The notes under the pieces: generated by a model | What the model was told of the DNA's origin: nothing | Databases searched by the model: none | What the model saw: only the letters and a program-made list of their open reading frames with translations | In this document: positions 35,770 to 46,595 of the stretch, piece after piece | How the letters are laid out: every line of letters begins with the position of its first letter | Numbering within the stretch: the first letter of the stretch is position 1 | Made by a program: the position numbers and the translations under genes | NCBI GenBank assembly: GCA_001179505.1 | Contig: CDMY01000272.1 | Location: 62,001-126,000, forward strand | Source: Vitrella brassicaformis CCMP3155 | Lineage: Eukaryota; Protista; Chromerida | Length of the DNA stretch: 64,000 nt | Reading direction: 5' to 3'

Positions 35770-38700
35770 ATGCTGCACACGTTTTCATACCAGAGGCCTC
35801 CGCCACCCGCCCCCGTACCCGAATGGCCGCAGGTGAGAATAACACACACAGATCTCATGATGGCGGTGGCACACGTGGAGGATGCAACCATCTCTCTCTC
35901 TCCTTTGCCTGGATCTCTCTCTTTTCCGTTCATTTCAGCGTCAGATCGGCCTCTCGTCCGGTAGCCATCCCACGCCGCCGCCCAATGCGCCGCAGCAGAC
36001 GTCATCCACCGGCCAGATCCCAGATCCCACCGGTCAGCAGGGAGCCGGAGGCGGTCCCTTCCACCCCCGCATGCCCAACACGCACTCGGCGCTCTTCGGG
36101 CTCCGCCCTCCACGCCCACCAATGCCCGAGGGCGTGCGCCCACCCGTACCTGCGGCTCATGGCGGTGGTATGCAGACCTTCGCGAATTCGCAGTCGTGGC
36201 GTCCGCCGCGTCCTGTGATGGTCCCTCCGCCCGCATCGCATCGCATGGCGCCGCTTAGCGCCACCAAACTCGTCCCCCCGCCGGCAGTGCCCAACGCTCC
36301 ACGCGTCGCATCCATCCCGCAGACCTTGTCCATGCTGCCGGGGGTGTTCCGACCACCCCCTGCTGCTGCTGGTGGGGTAGTTGGTCCTTTTGGCGTACCG
36401 GGCCGCCCTGGTGGCCCAGGAGGACGGTTCACGCCAATGCCTATCCAGGCAGGGGGAGGGGGAGGGGTGACGGCCACTGGCGGCGGCATGACGGGTCAGG
36501 GAAAGGTGGGAGGTGAGGTAGTGAACGAGGTAGCCCGCTCGACGTCCGATCCGAACAAGGGCCCCCAGGGTCCGCAGGGTCAGCAGGGGGTCGGGGCGGT
36601 GCAGAGGGAGGGAGAGGGTGTGGTGGGCGGGAGAGAGGAGGGGATCTGTAGCGGTGTGGCCGGTGGGGTAGTGGGTCCGGCTGCTGGTGGTGGTGGTGTT
36701 GGGGGTATGGTGAGCACTTCGGTGCAGGAGGGGCGGCGACCCTTCTTCTACCCCACCACAGCTAACCCCCTGATCACGCCTGCCATGATACAGGTACCTA
36801 CATGCGCACATGGGCCGGGCACACGGGAACGCATCACACACAGACACGTCCATCTGCATGGATCTGGGTGTGTTGGGTGTGTTGGGTGTGTTGTTGGTTC
36901 AGGCCCCTCTTCTCAAGTCGCATGCGTCACGTCCAGTGACCTCTCTGTCCCTCCAAGGGCAGCAGCTCACCACCGCCACCACACAGCAGCAGCACCAGCA
37001 GCAGCAGCAGCAGCCGCAGCAGCCACCCCCACAGCAGACACAAGACACTGCCACAGAGGACCACCATGCCACCACCGGCCCTCCCCACCTTCACCCGCAC
37101 CCATGGCCGGAGGAGCCCGCCCTCTCCGTCCTGCCCAGTGACCCCCTGGCTAGAGAGGTGGAGAATCTCAAGACCGCCAAGTCGCTGGCAATGCAGAGCG
37201 AGAAATGGTCCAAACAACACCTACAGGGTGAGAAAGGACGCACACCACACGAGGGGGGCGAAAGAGGGAGGCCGGCCACTGGGGGCTCATATATCTGTTT
37301 CTGCTCTCTCTTGTTGTCTGTGTCTTGTGTGTGGGGGTTCAGAGCGCAACTCTCAGTTGTTCCGAGACCGTCAGGTGCACGGCCCCCGACGGACGGTAGC
37401 GGGCGGCGACGATCCCCTCATCCATGGAGGGGGGGCAGGCGGTAAACACGAGACGGGCGGCACCTTCCTCACCTCGTTCACCCAACACCACCAGCAGCAC
37501 CAGCAGCAGCCGCCCCCGTACACGGACGATTCGCCGTCCTTCCAGCCTCCACACCCACACCAGCAGCAGCAAGGCATGCAGCAGGGCATGGCCTTCGCCC
37601 CGCCCCCCGTCGTCCCTCCCAGCCATCCGTACCAGCAGCAGCACCACCAGCCGCTGCTCACCTACACCAACGCCGAGACGCAGTACGACCCACAGATGTA
37701 CGGCACACTCGCCATGCAGGCGTCCACACACGCACCCCCACTCATCGAGAATAACTTCCCCGCACACGTGCCGGCCGGCTACCCATACGAGCAGCCCGTG
37801 CACGCGCCTCAGTACGAGCAGCAGATGGGCGAAGATGGAGAGATGGATGGAGGAGATGGGGCGGGAGGGGGCGGGGAGGGGCATGTGGTCAATGGCTTCG
37901 GCGTCGTAGATAGTGGTGCTGGTGTTGGTGGTGCTGGTGAGGCGCTGGCCAATGGGGTGCCGCTGGCACATGAGGGGGAGGGGATGGGCATGGGCATGAT
38001 GGGCATGGGGGAGGGGGAGAGTGTGGAGCAGAACGCCCTGTTGGTCATGGAATTCTGCAAAGATAAGGTGGGTGGGTGACCGAACACATAAAAGGAGACC
38101 ACACGGACACACTGCTCACATCGCTTTTCCTTCCTCTCTTTGTGTGTGTGTGTGTTGGATCCATCCATCCATCAGTTGTCGCGTAGCGTAGTGCAGGAGT
38201 TGCGTCAGATGAAGCAGCCCCCCGCTGCCTCGCGCATCGTCCTTGAGACCCTCGCCACCCTCCTCTCGGTCCCCCTCACCGACACACGCCCCCTCGCCGT
38301 CCGCAAAGTGCTCGCCCTCCCCAACCTGGCCGACAAGCTCCACACCTTCGACCTCAACAGCGTCAAGAAAAAGGACTACCAGGCCATCCGCAGGAACCTG
38401 GCCAGCCACGAGTGGGACGAGACGGCACTCGAGACCACCAAGTTCGTCTTCCTGGCGCTCTGGGTGCGCGCCGTTGCCATGCTCCTGCAGACGCGCAAAC
38501 ACATGGCCAGCCCCCCCGTGCAGACCACTCTGACCTTCGAGCGGGCCATACGAGAGGCGACCATCGCCAAACACCCACTCGGCGAAAGTCGTGAGCAATG
38601 CCACCGTAGTCGTAGCAAGGAGACGGAGGGGAGGGGAGAGGGGGCGGGGCAGAGGGGGTCGTCAGTGCGGGGGGCGGAGGCCACAGTGACGAGTGGCGGT

Positions 38701-39241
38701 GGGAAGGTAGTGCTGAGTTTCGAGCCCGACCTTCGTGTGATGAGTGAGGATGAGAAGGGGGCGGTGATGGATTTGAAGATATCGCGCGAGGGAGTGGGCT
38801 CCATCCAGTTCCACGGCATCACCGACTGCAGAGGAATCGACTTCGACGAGGTCAGCACAGTACACCTACCCCACCCACTCCATCACACAACGCACACACA
38901 CACATCAATGCTCGTCTCATCTCTTTGTCTCTCTGTCTGTCTCTGTCTCTGTCTGTGTGTGTGGGCAGGTTGTTCGATTGGAGGTGGGTGAGGTGTTGGT
39001 GTACCCGAGCAACAGCAGCGTGCGCAAGCCCGAGGTGGGGCACGGCCTCAACAGGCCGGCGACGGTGACCATGTACCAGTGCTGGCCGCCCCCCACGCAG
39101 CACGAGGGCACGCTGTCCGACACGGCCGCCATGGAGCGGTACCGCCGGAAGATCCAGCTCATGACGGAGCGCAAGGACGCCACCTTCATCGACTACTGCT
39201 GCCAGACAGGCGTGTGGAAATTCAGAGTCGAACACTTCTGA
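35770..39241 (+). CDS. Pro/Gln/Gly-rich protein with a dynein-stalk (MTBD)-like segment and a C-terminal Nup98-type autoproteolytic (Nucleoporin2/peptidase S59) domain ending in HF-stop
   Basis: The C-terminus LKISREGVGSIQFHGITDCRGIDFDE|VVRLEVGEVLVYP..KPEVGHGLNRPATVTM...ATFIDYCCQTGVWKFRVEHF* matches the Nup98 APD. Upstream, QELRQMKQPPAASRIVLETLATLL...LADKLHTFDLNSV...LALWVRAV resembles the dynein heavy chain MTBD. No GLFG/FG array is present. Confidence 0.8.
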
Positions 39242-39769
39242 TACATACGATGATAGATAGCACAACAGGTACATGGAGAGGTACACACAGACACGAGGGA
39301 GGGAGGGAGGGAGGTTATCATGTCTTTCCCTCTCTCTGTGTGTGTGTGGCAGATCTTACCGGTGTTTAATTAGGACACGGGACGGGAGGAGTGTAGCCTT
39401 TGCATGCCTGCCTGAGGGATGCGTGGATGGGTGGGCGGGCGTGTGTGTGTGTGTGTGTGTGGAGTGATGCGGTGTCTCCACGACTTCTAGTGCAGTGCAT
39501 GATTTGTCGGATGGCCGCTTTCTCGCACTTTTGCCCAGCGCATAGAAAGATAGCTTGACGGCTGGATGGATGGATGTGCACAGCGGTCTGTCCAAATCTC
39601 TCTCTGTGAAAGCCTTTCTTTTCTGCTGCCTGCGTGCCCGTCTGTTTGCGGCTCTCTCATCCGTGACGAGAGCCCAGACACACAGGCATTCGGACGGCGA
39701 AAGGACCGCATTCTAGAGCGAGTGAGCCCAGTAGCTATGAGGGGGCCTTTCTTGCGATGATTGTATGGA

Positions 39770-42361
39770 GCAGGGAAGAGAGGGTCTTTCCATCCAACCA
39801 TTCATCCATCCATCCCCTGCACACACCATCACACACAAGAGTGAGCGAGCGTGTATACGTGTGTGTGTGTTTGATGTGTGTGGTGGTGAGGTGTTTAAAT
39901 GGACTGGGCGGCAGCCCCGCGCAAGTGCCCATCCGCCCGTCAGGGACCACTGGGCAGCCCTCACACACACACACACACACACACATCCACACCTTCAGCC
40001 AGCACCCCCAACCAGACTGACTGACTGACTTGTATGCCGTCTCGGCTCGTCTACTCGTCTTTTCACACCCCAACGCTCACACGCTCACAGACAGGTGTCA
40101 GATCAGGTCAGATCAGATCTCACACACTATTACTATAGGTTTTTGTCCGGGCCCTTCTCTCTTTCATGCGGGCAGGCTCTTCGATCTTCTGTGCAACTGT
40201 GAGAGAGGCCGGCCCATCCACTTCACGCTCCTGACGGGTTCCTTTCACAATTGTCACGACTCACTCGGCGTGTCGCTCTTTTTGCCGTCCCTCCCTGTCT
40301 CTATTTCCCTACCTTTCTACCACCAACCGACCGACCGACCGACAAAACACACTGACTACACCCACCCATCACATGCACCCACCCCTCTCACACCCTACCT
40401 ACCTATGGATCGATGGATCGGCCCCGATGGATGTCTATCTACTCTCCATGATATTATGTCTGCCCGTGACGACCCGACCCACTCACTACAAAGGTAATAA
40501 GTAAGGTACTAGAGACGCACTGACGCGGTGTCGCCCGTCAGTACCCTGTGAACGTTGGCTGATATTGTGATGGTGGCCTGGCCTGCCTGTTCGACTGACT
40601 CGTCTGCACACACACAGGGAGAGAGAGAAAGCTATACGTGTACGGGCATCAAAGAGAGAGAGGTGGTGGGATGGGTGTGTTCTCTTTCCTCTTCGGGTGA
40701 ATCTCGACGAATCGGTCTATTGTGCTCTATGCGACCGACACTCACATACACTCTATCTCACTAACTACGTCAGTACCTCTGGCCGATGCTACTCGCCGCT
40801 CGCCACACTGGCCCCCTACTCGTGATGGTGGACAATATTTGCCTGGATGATACTCTTTGTCTCTGTGAGGCTATGATTTTTCGCGCAACAACAAGCCTCG
40901 AGGAACCGAATGAGCTGCCCGGCGGTAGGCATCATCCATCTCGGTGGTGCCTGCCTGCCGCCGAACGTCTTTCTATATCCGATACTTCTTCCAGTGTGCG
41001 GGCACGTACATACGACAGACAGACAGGAAAGATACTTACCTACCTACCTGCCTACTTCCTCGATGGTTTCTGAGAGGTCTCGGCGTCCACACACACGGAG
41101 GCTTTCCATTGGATGTGACATGGTGAATGCAATGCTTCATGGCGCATGGCGACCATACGGTGTCGATATCATCCTTCATTCAGGTGTCGCCTGTGTCCCT
41201 CCCTCCCTCACTCCTGTTTTGAAGTGCATGTCTACCCCTCCCTCCCTCCCTCCGTCCCTCTGCATGCGACACATAATACTGCTGCGAAAGGAACCGATGT
41301 GTCTCGCCTGGTGTGTCTCTGACCGACCGACCCATCGATTGCCGTCCTCCTCCTACTATTACTTACTGTCTACGTGAGCTGATGTCAGGGGGGAGGGGGG
41401 AGAGAGAGGGAACAAGTCCAAGGGCCACACACGAGAATACGCGAGCGTAGCGAGTAGGGGCCATTTCTCCCGACGTTTAATCCTCTCGGTCCTGTTTTCC
41501 CTCGTGCGCTATCCCTCTTTCACACATCACACATCACACATCACACACACACACTCTATCAGAGTTTGGGGCTGGCTGCGTCCGTCCCTCACTCATCTGT
41601 CTGCATCATTCACTCACCCACTGGTCATTCGATGGATGGGCCCTTTCCTTCCCTTCCCCTCCGATCCCTCCTGCGTGGCTCTTCGTTCCTACTTTCTTAT
41701 ACCTGCCTACCTACCTTCTGTCGTCCGCACACTGTCTCTAAGACTGACGGTTCCTATGACCACTGCCGTCCGAGGGTGCTACCACTGGCCGACCGATATA
41801 CCGATGATGGATGGATGGATGGAAGGATGGACAGACAGACAGACAGCACTCACGGCGGCAGACGAGCTGAGGGCTTAGAACACCCTCGCTCAACCCGTGG
41901 GCACATCCATCCGATGGATGTGCCCACGGGTCGGGGAGACCCGACGGCGCACACACAACACGCCACACACACACTGCCACATTGGATGGGATGATGACAT
42001 ACATTTGATGATATGCGGAACGGTTTTCTTGGCGCAATGACTGCGGACTGACGCGACTGGCTTGTTGCTAATACTACCTACGCTGGCTGTGGATGTCGTG
42101 TGGTGTGTGGGGTGTGGTGGGGGCGGGGTGTTCAAAGGAAAGAGAGACCTTTTGACTGATATGTCTCTGTCTTCTTCCGAGTCCAGCGGCAGCCTCCTGA
42201 GTGCCCATCCGCCTCCCGTGAAGCACTGGGCAGCCGCCACACACGCGACACACACGCGCGCGCACACACGACACACACACACACATACATGTACATGCCT
42301 CGCTCACTCGACCGCCGACTGACTCGATGGATGCTGGAAGGAAAGACCCTCTCTTCGCTGC
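39770..42361. repeat. About 2.6-kb intergenic segment bounded by a 17-bp perfect inverted repeat and carrying two degenerate direct-repeat blocks; possible non-autonomous element relic
   Basis: gaagagagggtctttcc at 39775-39791 and its reverse complement ggaaagaccctctcttc at 42340-42356. The blocks gcggcagcc / agtgcccatccgcc / cactgggcagcc occur at 39908-39959 and 42186-42235. No TSD or transposase was recognised. Confidence 0.45.
41893..41945. repeat. 39-bp palindrome (19-bp arms, 1-nt spacer) overlapping a GAGA-tetraloop hairpin
   Basis: acccgtgggcacatccatc-c-gatggatgtgcccacgggt at 41893-41931, and gtcggg-GAGA-cccgac at 41930-41945. Confidence 0.85.
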
Positions 42362-43840
42362 CGTGTGCTGTGCTGTGCTGTGTTGTGTTGTGTTGTGTGT
42401 GCGAGTGGATGCGTGTGAGTGAGTGGATGTGTGTGAGAGTGTGTGTGTGTGTGTGTGTAGGGGGTGGGTGGGGTGGGGTGGGGTGGCCTTTGGTTGGTGT
42501 CGTGCACATGTGTGTGTGAGAGTGTTTGTGAGGGGATGGATGGATGGATGGACTAAGTGCTGTCTGTGTGCGGGTGGGTGTGAAACTCAATGTGGCCACA
42601 GAGCCTTTGAACACTGTTGTTGACAAAGACACAGTCAGTCCATGACAAGTAGACGGTGCGTTGACAAGCTCCTCTCCTCTCCTCTCACCGACACCAACAA
42701 CACACAGCATTCGCCCACTCGCCCCCGCACACACGCACCACCCACACACATCGCACAGAGAGGGTAGTGGGCCAAGTTGACTGGCTAGGGCGCATGACGA
42801 GACATAAATACGCTCAGCATGCCACACCACACCACACCACACCACACACCCAGCAAGCGGGCCATCCATCCAGCCCATCCCATCCGCCACGGAACAGTAC
42901 AAGACCCACATTACATTACTAGTGACCGACCAGCTGCTTGCTGCTGCTGCGCAGTGACACACACACACATATATACACACACACACACACACACAGATGG
43001 ATGGCTGGTCTTCACGTGGCACGGTATGCTTCAGTCAGTGTGTGATGGTTGGATGGATGGATGGACGGGCGATGTGATGTGACCGGAAAAAAGCCTCGCT
43101 GGTTGAGTTGAGCAATCGATGATCGACACGCGACAGAAGAAGAATAAGAAGAAATGCATCACGACGGACGGCAAAGGCAGCAACAGGTGAGTGAATGGTG
43201 ACTGGATAGATGGATGAGCCAAGAGAAAGCGAGAAAACCTGTCCTGTCGGGGTAGCTAGCTAGGCTGAAGCGTTGGTGGCTATCACAGACTGGACAGGAG
43301 CAAAGAGGTGAGCGAGCCATACATTCCCCCTGGCCCGCTAACCGTTGCGTGTATGTGTCTCATACAAACAAACACGACAGACACGCAAGGGCGGGCAAAC
43401 ACCAAAAGGCTCAGATGCACTCGCACGCACCGCATGGGGGGAGGGGCTCTATGCTCTATGCTCTATCGATCCATCCATCCATCTGTCCTGTCTGTCTTTC
43501 TGTATGCCTGCGATTGATTCGAAGGAGAGAGCGAAGGAGTCGACACAAAGCCACAAGGCAGGCAGGCCCATGAGCCAGTGCCAGTGCCCAAAACCGACTC
43601 ACTCACCTCGCCCACTCCCATCGATGACCCTCCCATTCACCCACCCACAGCATTCAGTGACGATGAGCCGGGCATGCTGCTAGCTACCTCGGTAGAGCAG
43701 CCCGCTCATCAAAAATAGCCAAGCAAGCGATCCTTCCACCCGTCCATCGACTCAAATCAAATCAACTTAGTGTCTGTCTCTCTGTCTGTCTGTCTCACTC
43801 ATGGACCACCCATCCCGTGTCTGTTCCCAGATCTTTTCGA

Positions 43841-46149
43841 TTAGTAGCCTTTTTTGTGTGGCTGTCCCTTGTCGTGGCCACCATGTTCATGCCCCTTGTC
43901 ATGGCCGCCGTGGTCGTGTCCCTTGCTGTGGCCATCGTGGTCATGTCCCTTGCTGTAGCTGTGCCCATGGCCGTTGCCTATGTCGGAAAACCGCGGTCGT
44001 AGTTGGGACTCGAGCTCCTTGGTCGACGGGATGTCTCTCTTGGATGCGGGGAATTCGGGGAGAGGGGGGTAGTAATACGGCAGGTCGGACGCCACCCACG
44101 CCGGCCGCTGACCTGGCGCCCTCCCGATGACGGGGAGACTCTTGTCTTGGTCGAGGAAAGACAAACCCAGGCGGACCCACTCGGGCTTGAGGAACCGGAG
44201 GCCCTGGTCCATGCACGTCCAGAAAGCCACATCGATCGCGTCGATGTCAAGGGGGACGGGGAACTGGTCAACCACATGGATGATCTGACCGACGACAAAC
44301 ACAGCGCGCACATGACATCCACACACACGCGTCTCTGTCAGTCAGTGAGTAAGGGAACTAGGTGGTGCGTGGGGTGGTGGGGGCGCTCACCCCGTTGGCG
44401 ATTTTGATGTCTGATTCGATGATCTTCTTGCCGTCAATGTAGAAGTGGCTGCCCCGCTGCTCGACCGGCAGGCCTTGATTCCCCAAGTTGGGGAGTGTCG
44501 AGGTCTGTGCCAGGAGGGTTTGGTTCCAGACGCCCGCGATGATGATCTTGTCGAACACTTTGCGGAGGGCGTCCTTATTCTCCGGTTTCACGAGGGCGTC
44601 CAGCAGGCAAAGAGGGAGCGGGTCGCCGGGAATCGCATTTGGGTCGCTGGTGCCTTCGGGAATCACCATGCCCGAGTCCCGGGCCACGACCACCGTCAAT
44701 GGGCCCGCATTCGCGACGTTCGCTCCAGCTAAGATCGCACAGAGACAGGATTGATTGCACACACCGCCATGCGTCATGAGCGTTTGTTTGCGCCTGCGTA
44801 CGAAGGAGGTCGGTCAGATCAGCCAGTGACGCCAGTCTGGCCAGCCTCGAGTACTCCTGCATGAAAAAAGACAACGACGCGACACGATGAGATGAGATGA
44901 GATGAGATGACACCGCGTCAGTATGTCGGTCAGCCAGCCACGGCGTCCTCACGCTCACTCACCGGTCTCGCCCTCAGCCAGTCGATAAGCGTGGGGACGC
45001 CGTCGTGAAATTGCGGAAGGAGGATCTTGTCCGTCTCAATCACCGTCCCCTCCACACCCGGGATGACCTTTAGCACGTCCGCCGTCAGGCCGAACGAGTT
45101 CACCTTCAACGTCAAGCGCTCGGTAGAATCTGCCTCGTCACCCTCGCTGTCTCCGGCAGCCGCTTGGTCGCCGACGGGCGGCAGGACGCCCCCCTCACCA
45201 TCTTGCAGCTGCCGCCTCCGCCTCCGCCCCGTGAATTCGAGGGCGGCGCTGTCCTTTGGCATTTCGGCGCTTATCGCCAGCGACTGGTTGTTCTCAGTGC
45301 GGACCACAAAGCCCGTGCCGGGTTGGAAGTCCGCGAGGTTGAGGCGCTCCCCGGCCACGATGTGGTAGTTGAGGATTTTCTGATCAAGGGGTGGAATGGA
45401 GAAGGTCAACAAACACCAACCATGTCACGTGTCTGTGCGTGTCGTCATGATGTACATCCATCCCATCTTCTCATGATTCACCCACCTCCACTGTGTCGGC
45501 CTGCAGTGGATTTGAGAAGATGCTCTGAAAAGCTGGCGGCAGCCCTGACGTGAAGGCTTCGTTGGTCGGGGCGAACACGTTCACCTGCCTGTCTAGCGCC
45601 AACCCGACGAGCTGTGGGACCAGGTTCTGCCTCTCGGCCAGATCATTCAGCTCGGACAGAGACTACACAGAGAGAACGACAAGCCATCCACAAACATGTT
45701 GCTCACTCAGGAGCGACTCAGTGGTTGCGAGTGCGGACCTCTCGAGTGGCGAAGATGTTGAGCAGTCCTTCCGTGGGCTCCTCCTCCTCCTCCCTGCCGG
45801 CTGGGGACACTGCACCGCCCTTTGCGTCCTTGGCACTCTCTTTCGCGCCCTTGGCACTTTCCTTAGCACTCACGTCGCTCTCTTTTGCGCTCTCCTTGGC
45901 GCCGTCCTTGGCACTTGTTGCCGCCTCCTTGCCACTCTCCTTGGCCGACTCCTTGGCGCCTTCTGTCGCCGACTCGGCCTCCTCGCCCTTGGCTTGGAGG
46001 GCCCTCTCGCCTTGACACGCAGTGCCGCAATCAGATGGGAACTGGGAAAGGTCCATGGCACCCTCTCGGGGCGCCAGGTAGCTGTACGGGTCGCCGCAGG
46101 CCGTGGCTAGCCATGCGGCGAGCGTGACAAGGGCCCACACGCCACGCAT
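43841..46149 (-). CDS. Secreted fasciclin (2x FAS1) protein with KESA repeats and a His/Gly-rich C-terminal repeat
   Basis: Signal peptide MRGVWALVTLAAWLATACG. FAS1 motifs VNVFAPTNEAF, KILNYHIVAG and VIETDKILLP. A second, degenerate FAS1 contains PLTVVV.., FYIDGKKIIESDIKIANG|..IHVVDQFPVP. The tail is GHDHDGHSKGHDHGGHDKGHEHGGHDKG..GY*. Confidence 0.85.
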
Positions 46150-46378
46150 GGCAATCAGAGGGGGGAGGGGATGGGCAGCCTTGAGTGGGATGGGCTGTCG
46201 ATGGATGGAGGGGGGCCTGGCAGGTTGGGTGACGATGAATGGCGGTCGGTCTCCTTGGACTCGTCCCGTCCCTTCAGATCACCAAGGGCTGCCTCTCTTG
46301 CATCGCCTGTATCATCAATCCGTCACCACACGCGAAACAGAGCCTCCCAGCGAGCTGTACGGGCCCTTTAGAAGTCTC

Positions 46379-46400
46379 AAACCCTAAAACCCGAACCCTG
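46379..46400 (+). promoter_or_regulatory. Telo-box-like motif (AAACCCTA plus degenerate copies) in the FAS1/Rdx divergent intergenic region
   Basis: aaaccctaaaacccgaaccct, one exact TTTAGGG-type unit plus two degenerate ones. Function is inferred only by analogy with plant telo-boxes. Confidence 0.3.
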
Positions 46401-46595
46401 CTACTCGAGTGCGGGATGCCAATCTTATTTTTCCAATCATACGAAGGGTAGCAGCTCACTTTGTCGCCGCCATTCTCTGCAAGCAAGGAACTTCAAGAAA
46501 CGAAGACGCTCGCCAATCGTCAGCGAGCTTAACCCCCACCCACCCCCCAGTCTCTGCTGGAGCGTCAGGCTCTCTTCTGTCCTGCTGTCCGCCCG

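Noticed and set aside
35770-39241. Canonical Nup98-Nup96 precursor
   Set aside because: There is no GLFG/FG repeat region, and the stop directly follows HF, so no Nup96 part is encoded. The gene symbol was therefore withheld.
39440-41400. tRNA, snoRNA or ribozyme in the long intergenic region
   Set aside because: I could not build a cloverleaf, a C/D box pair with terminal stem, or a hammerhead core by eye. An Infernal/Rfam and tRNAscan-SE run would be decisive.
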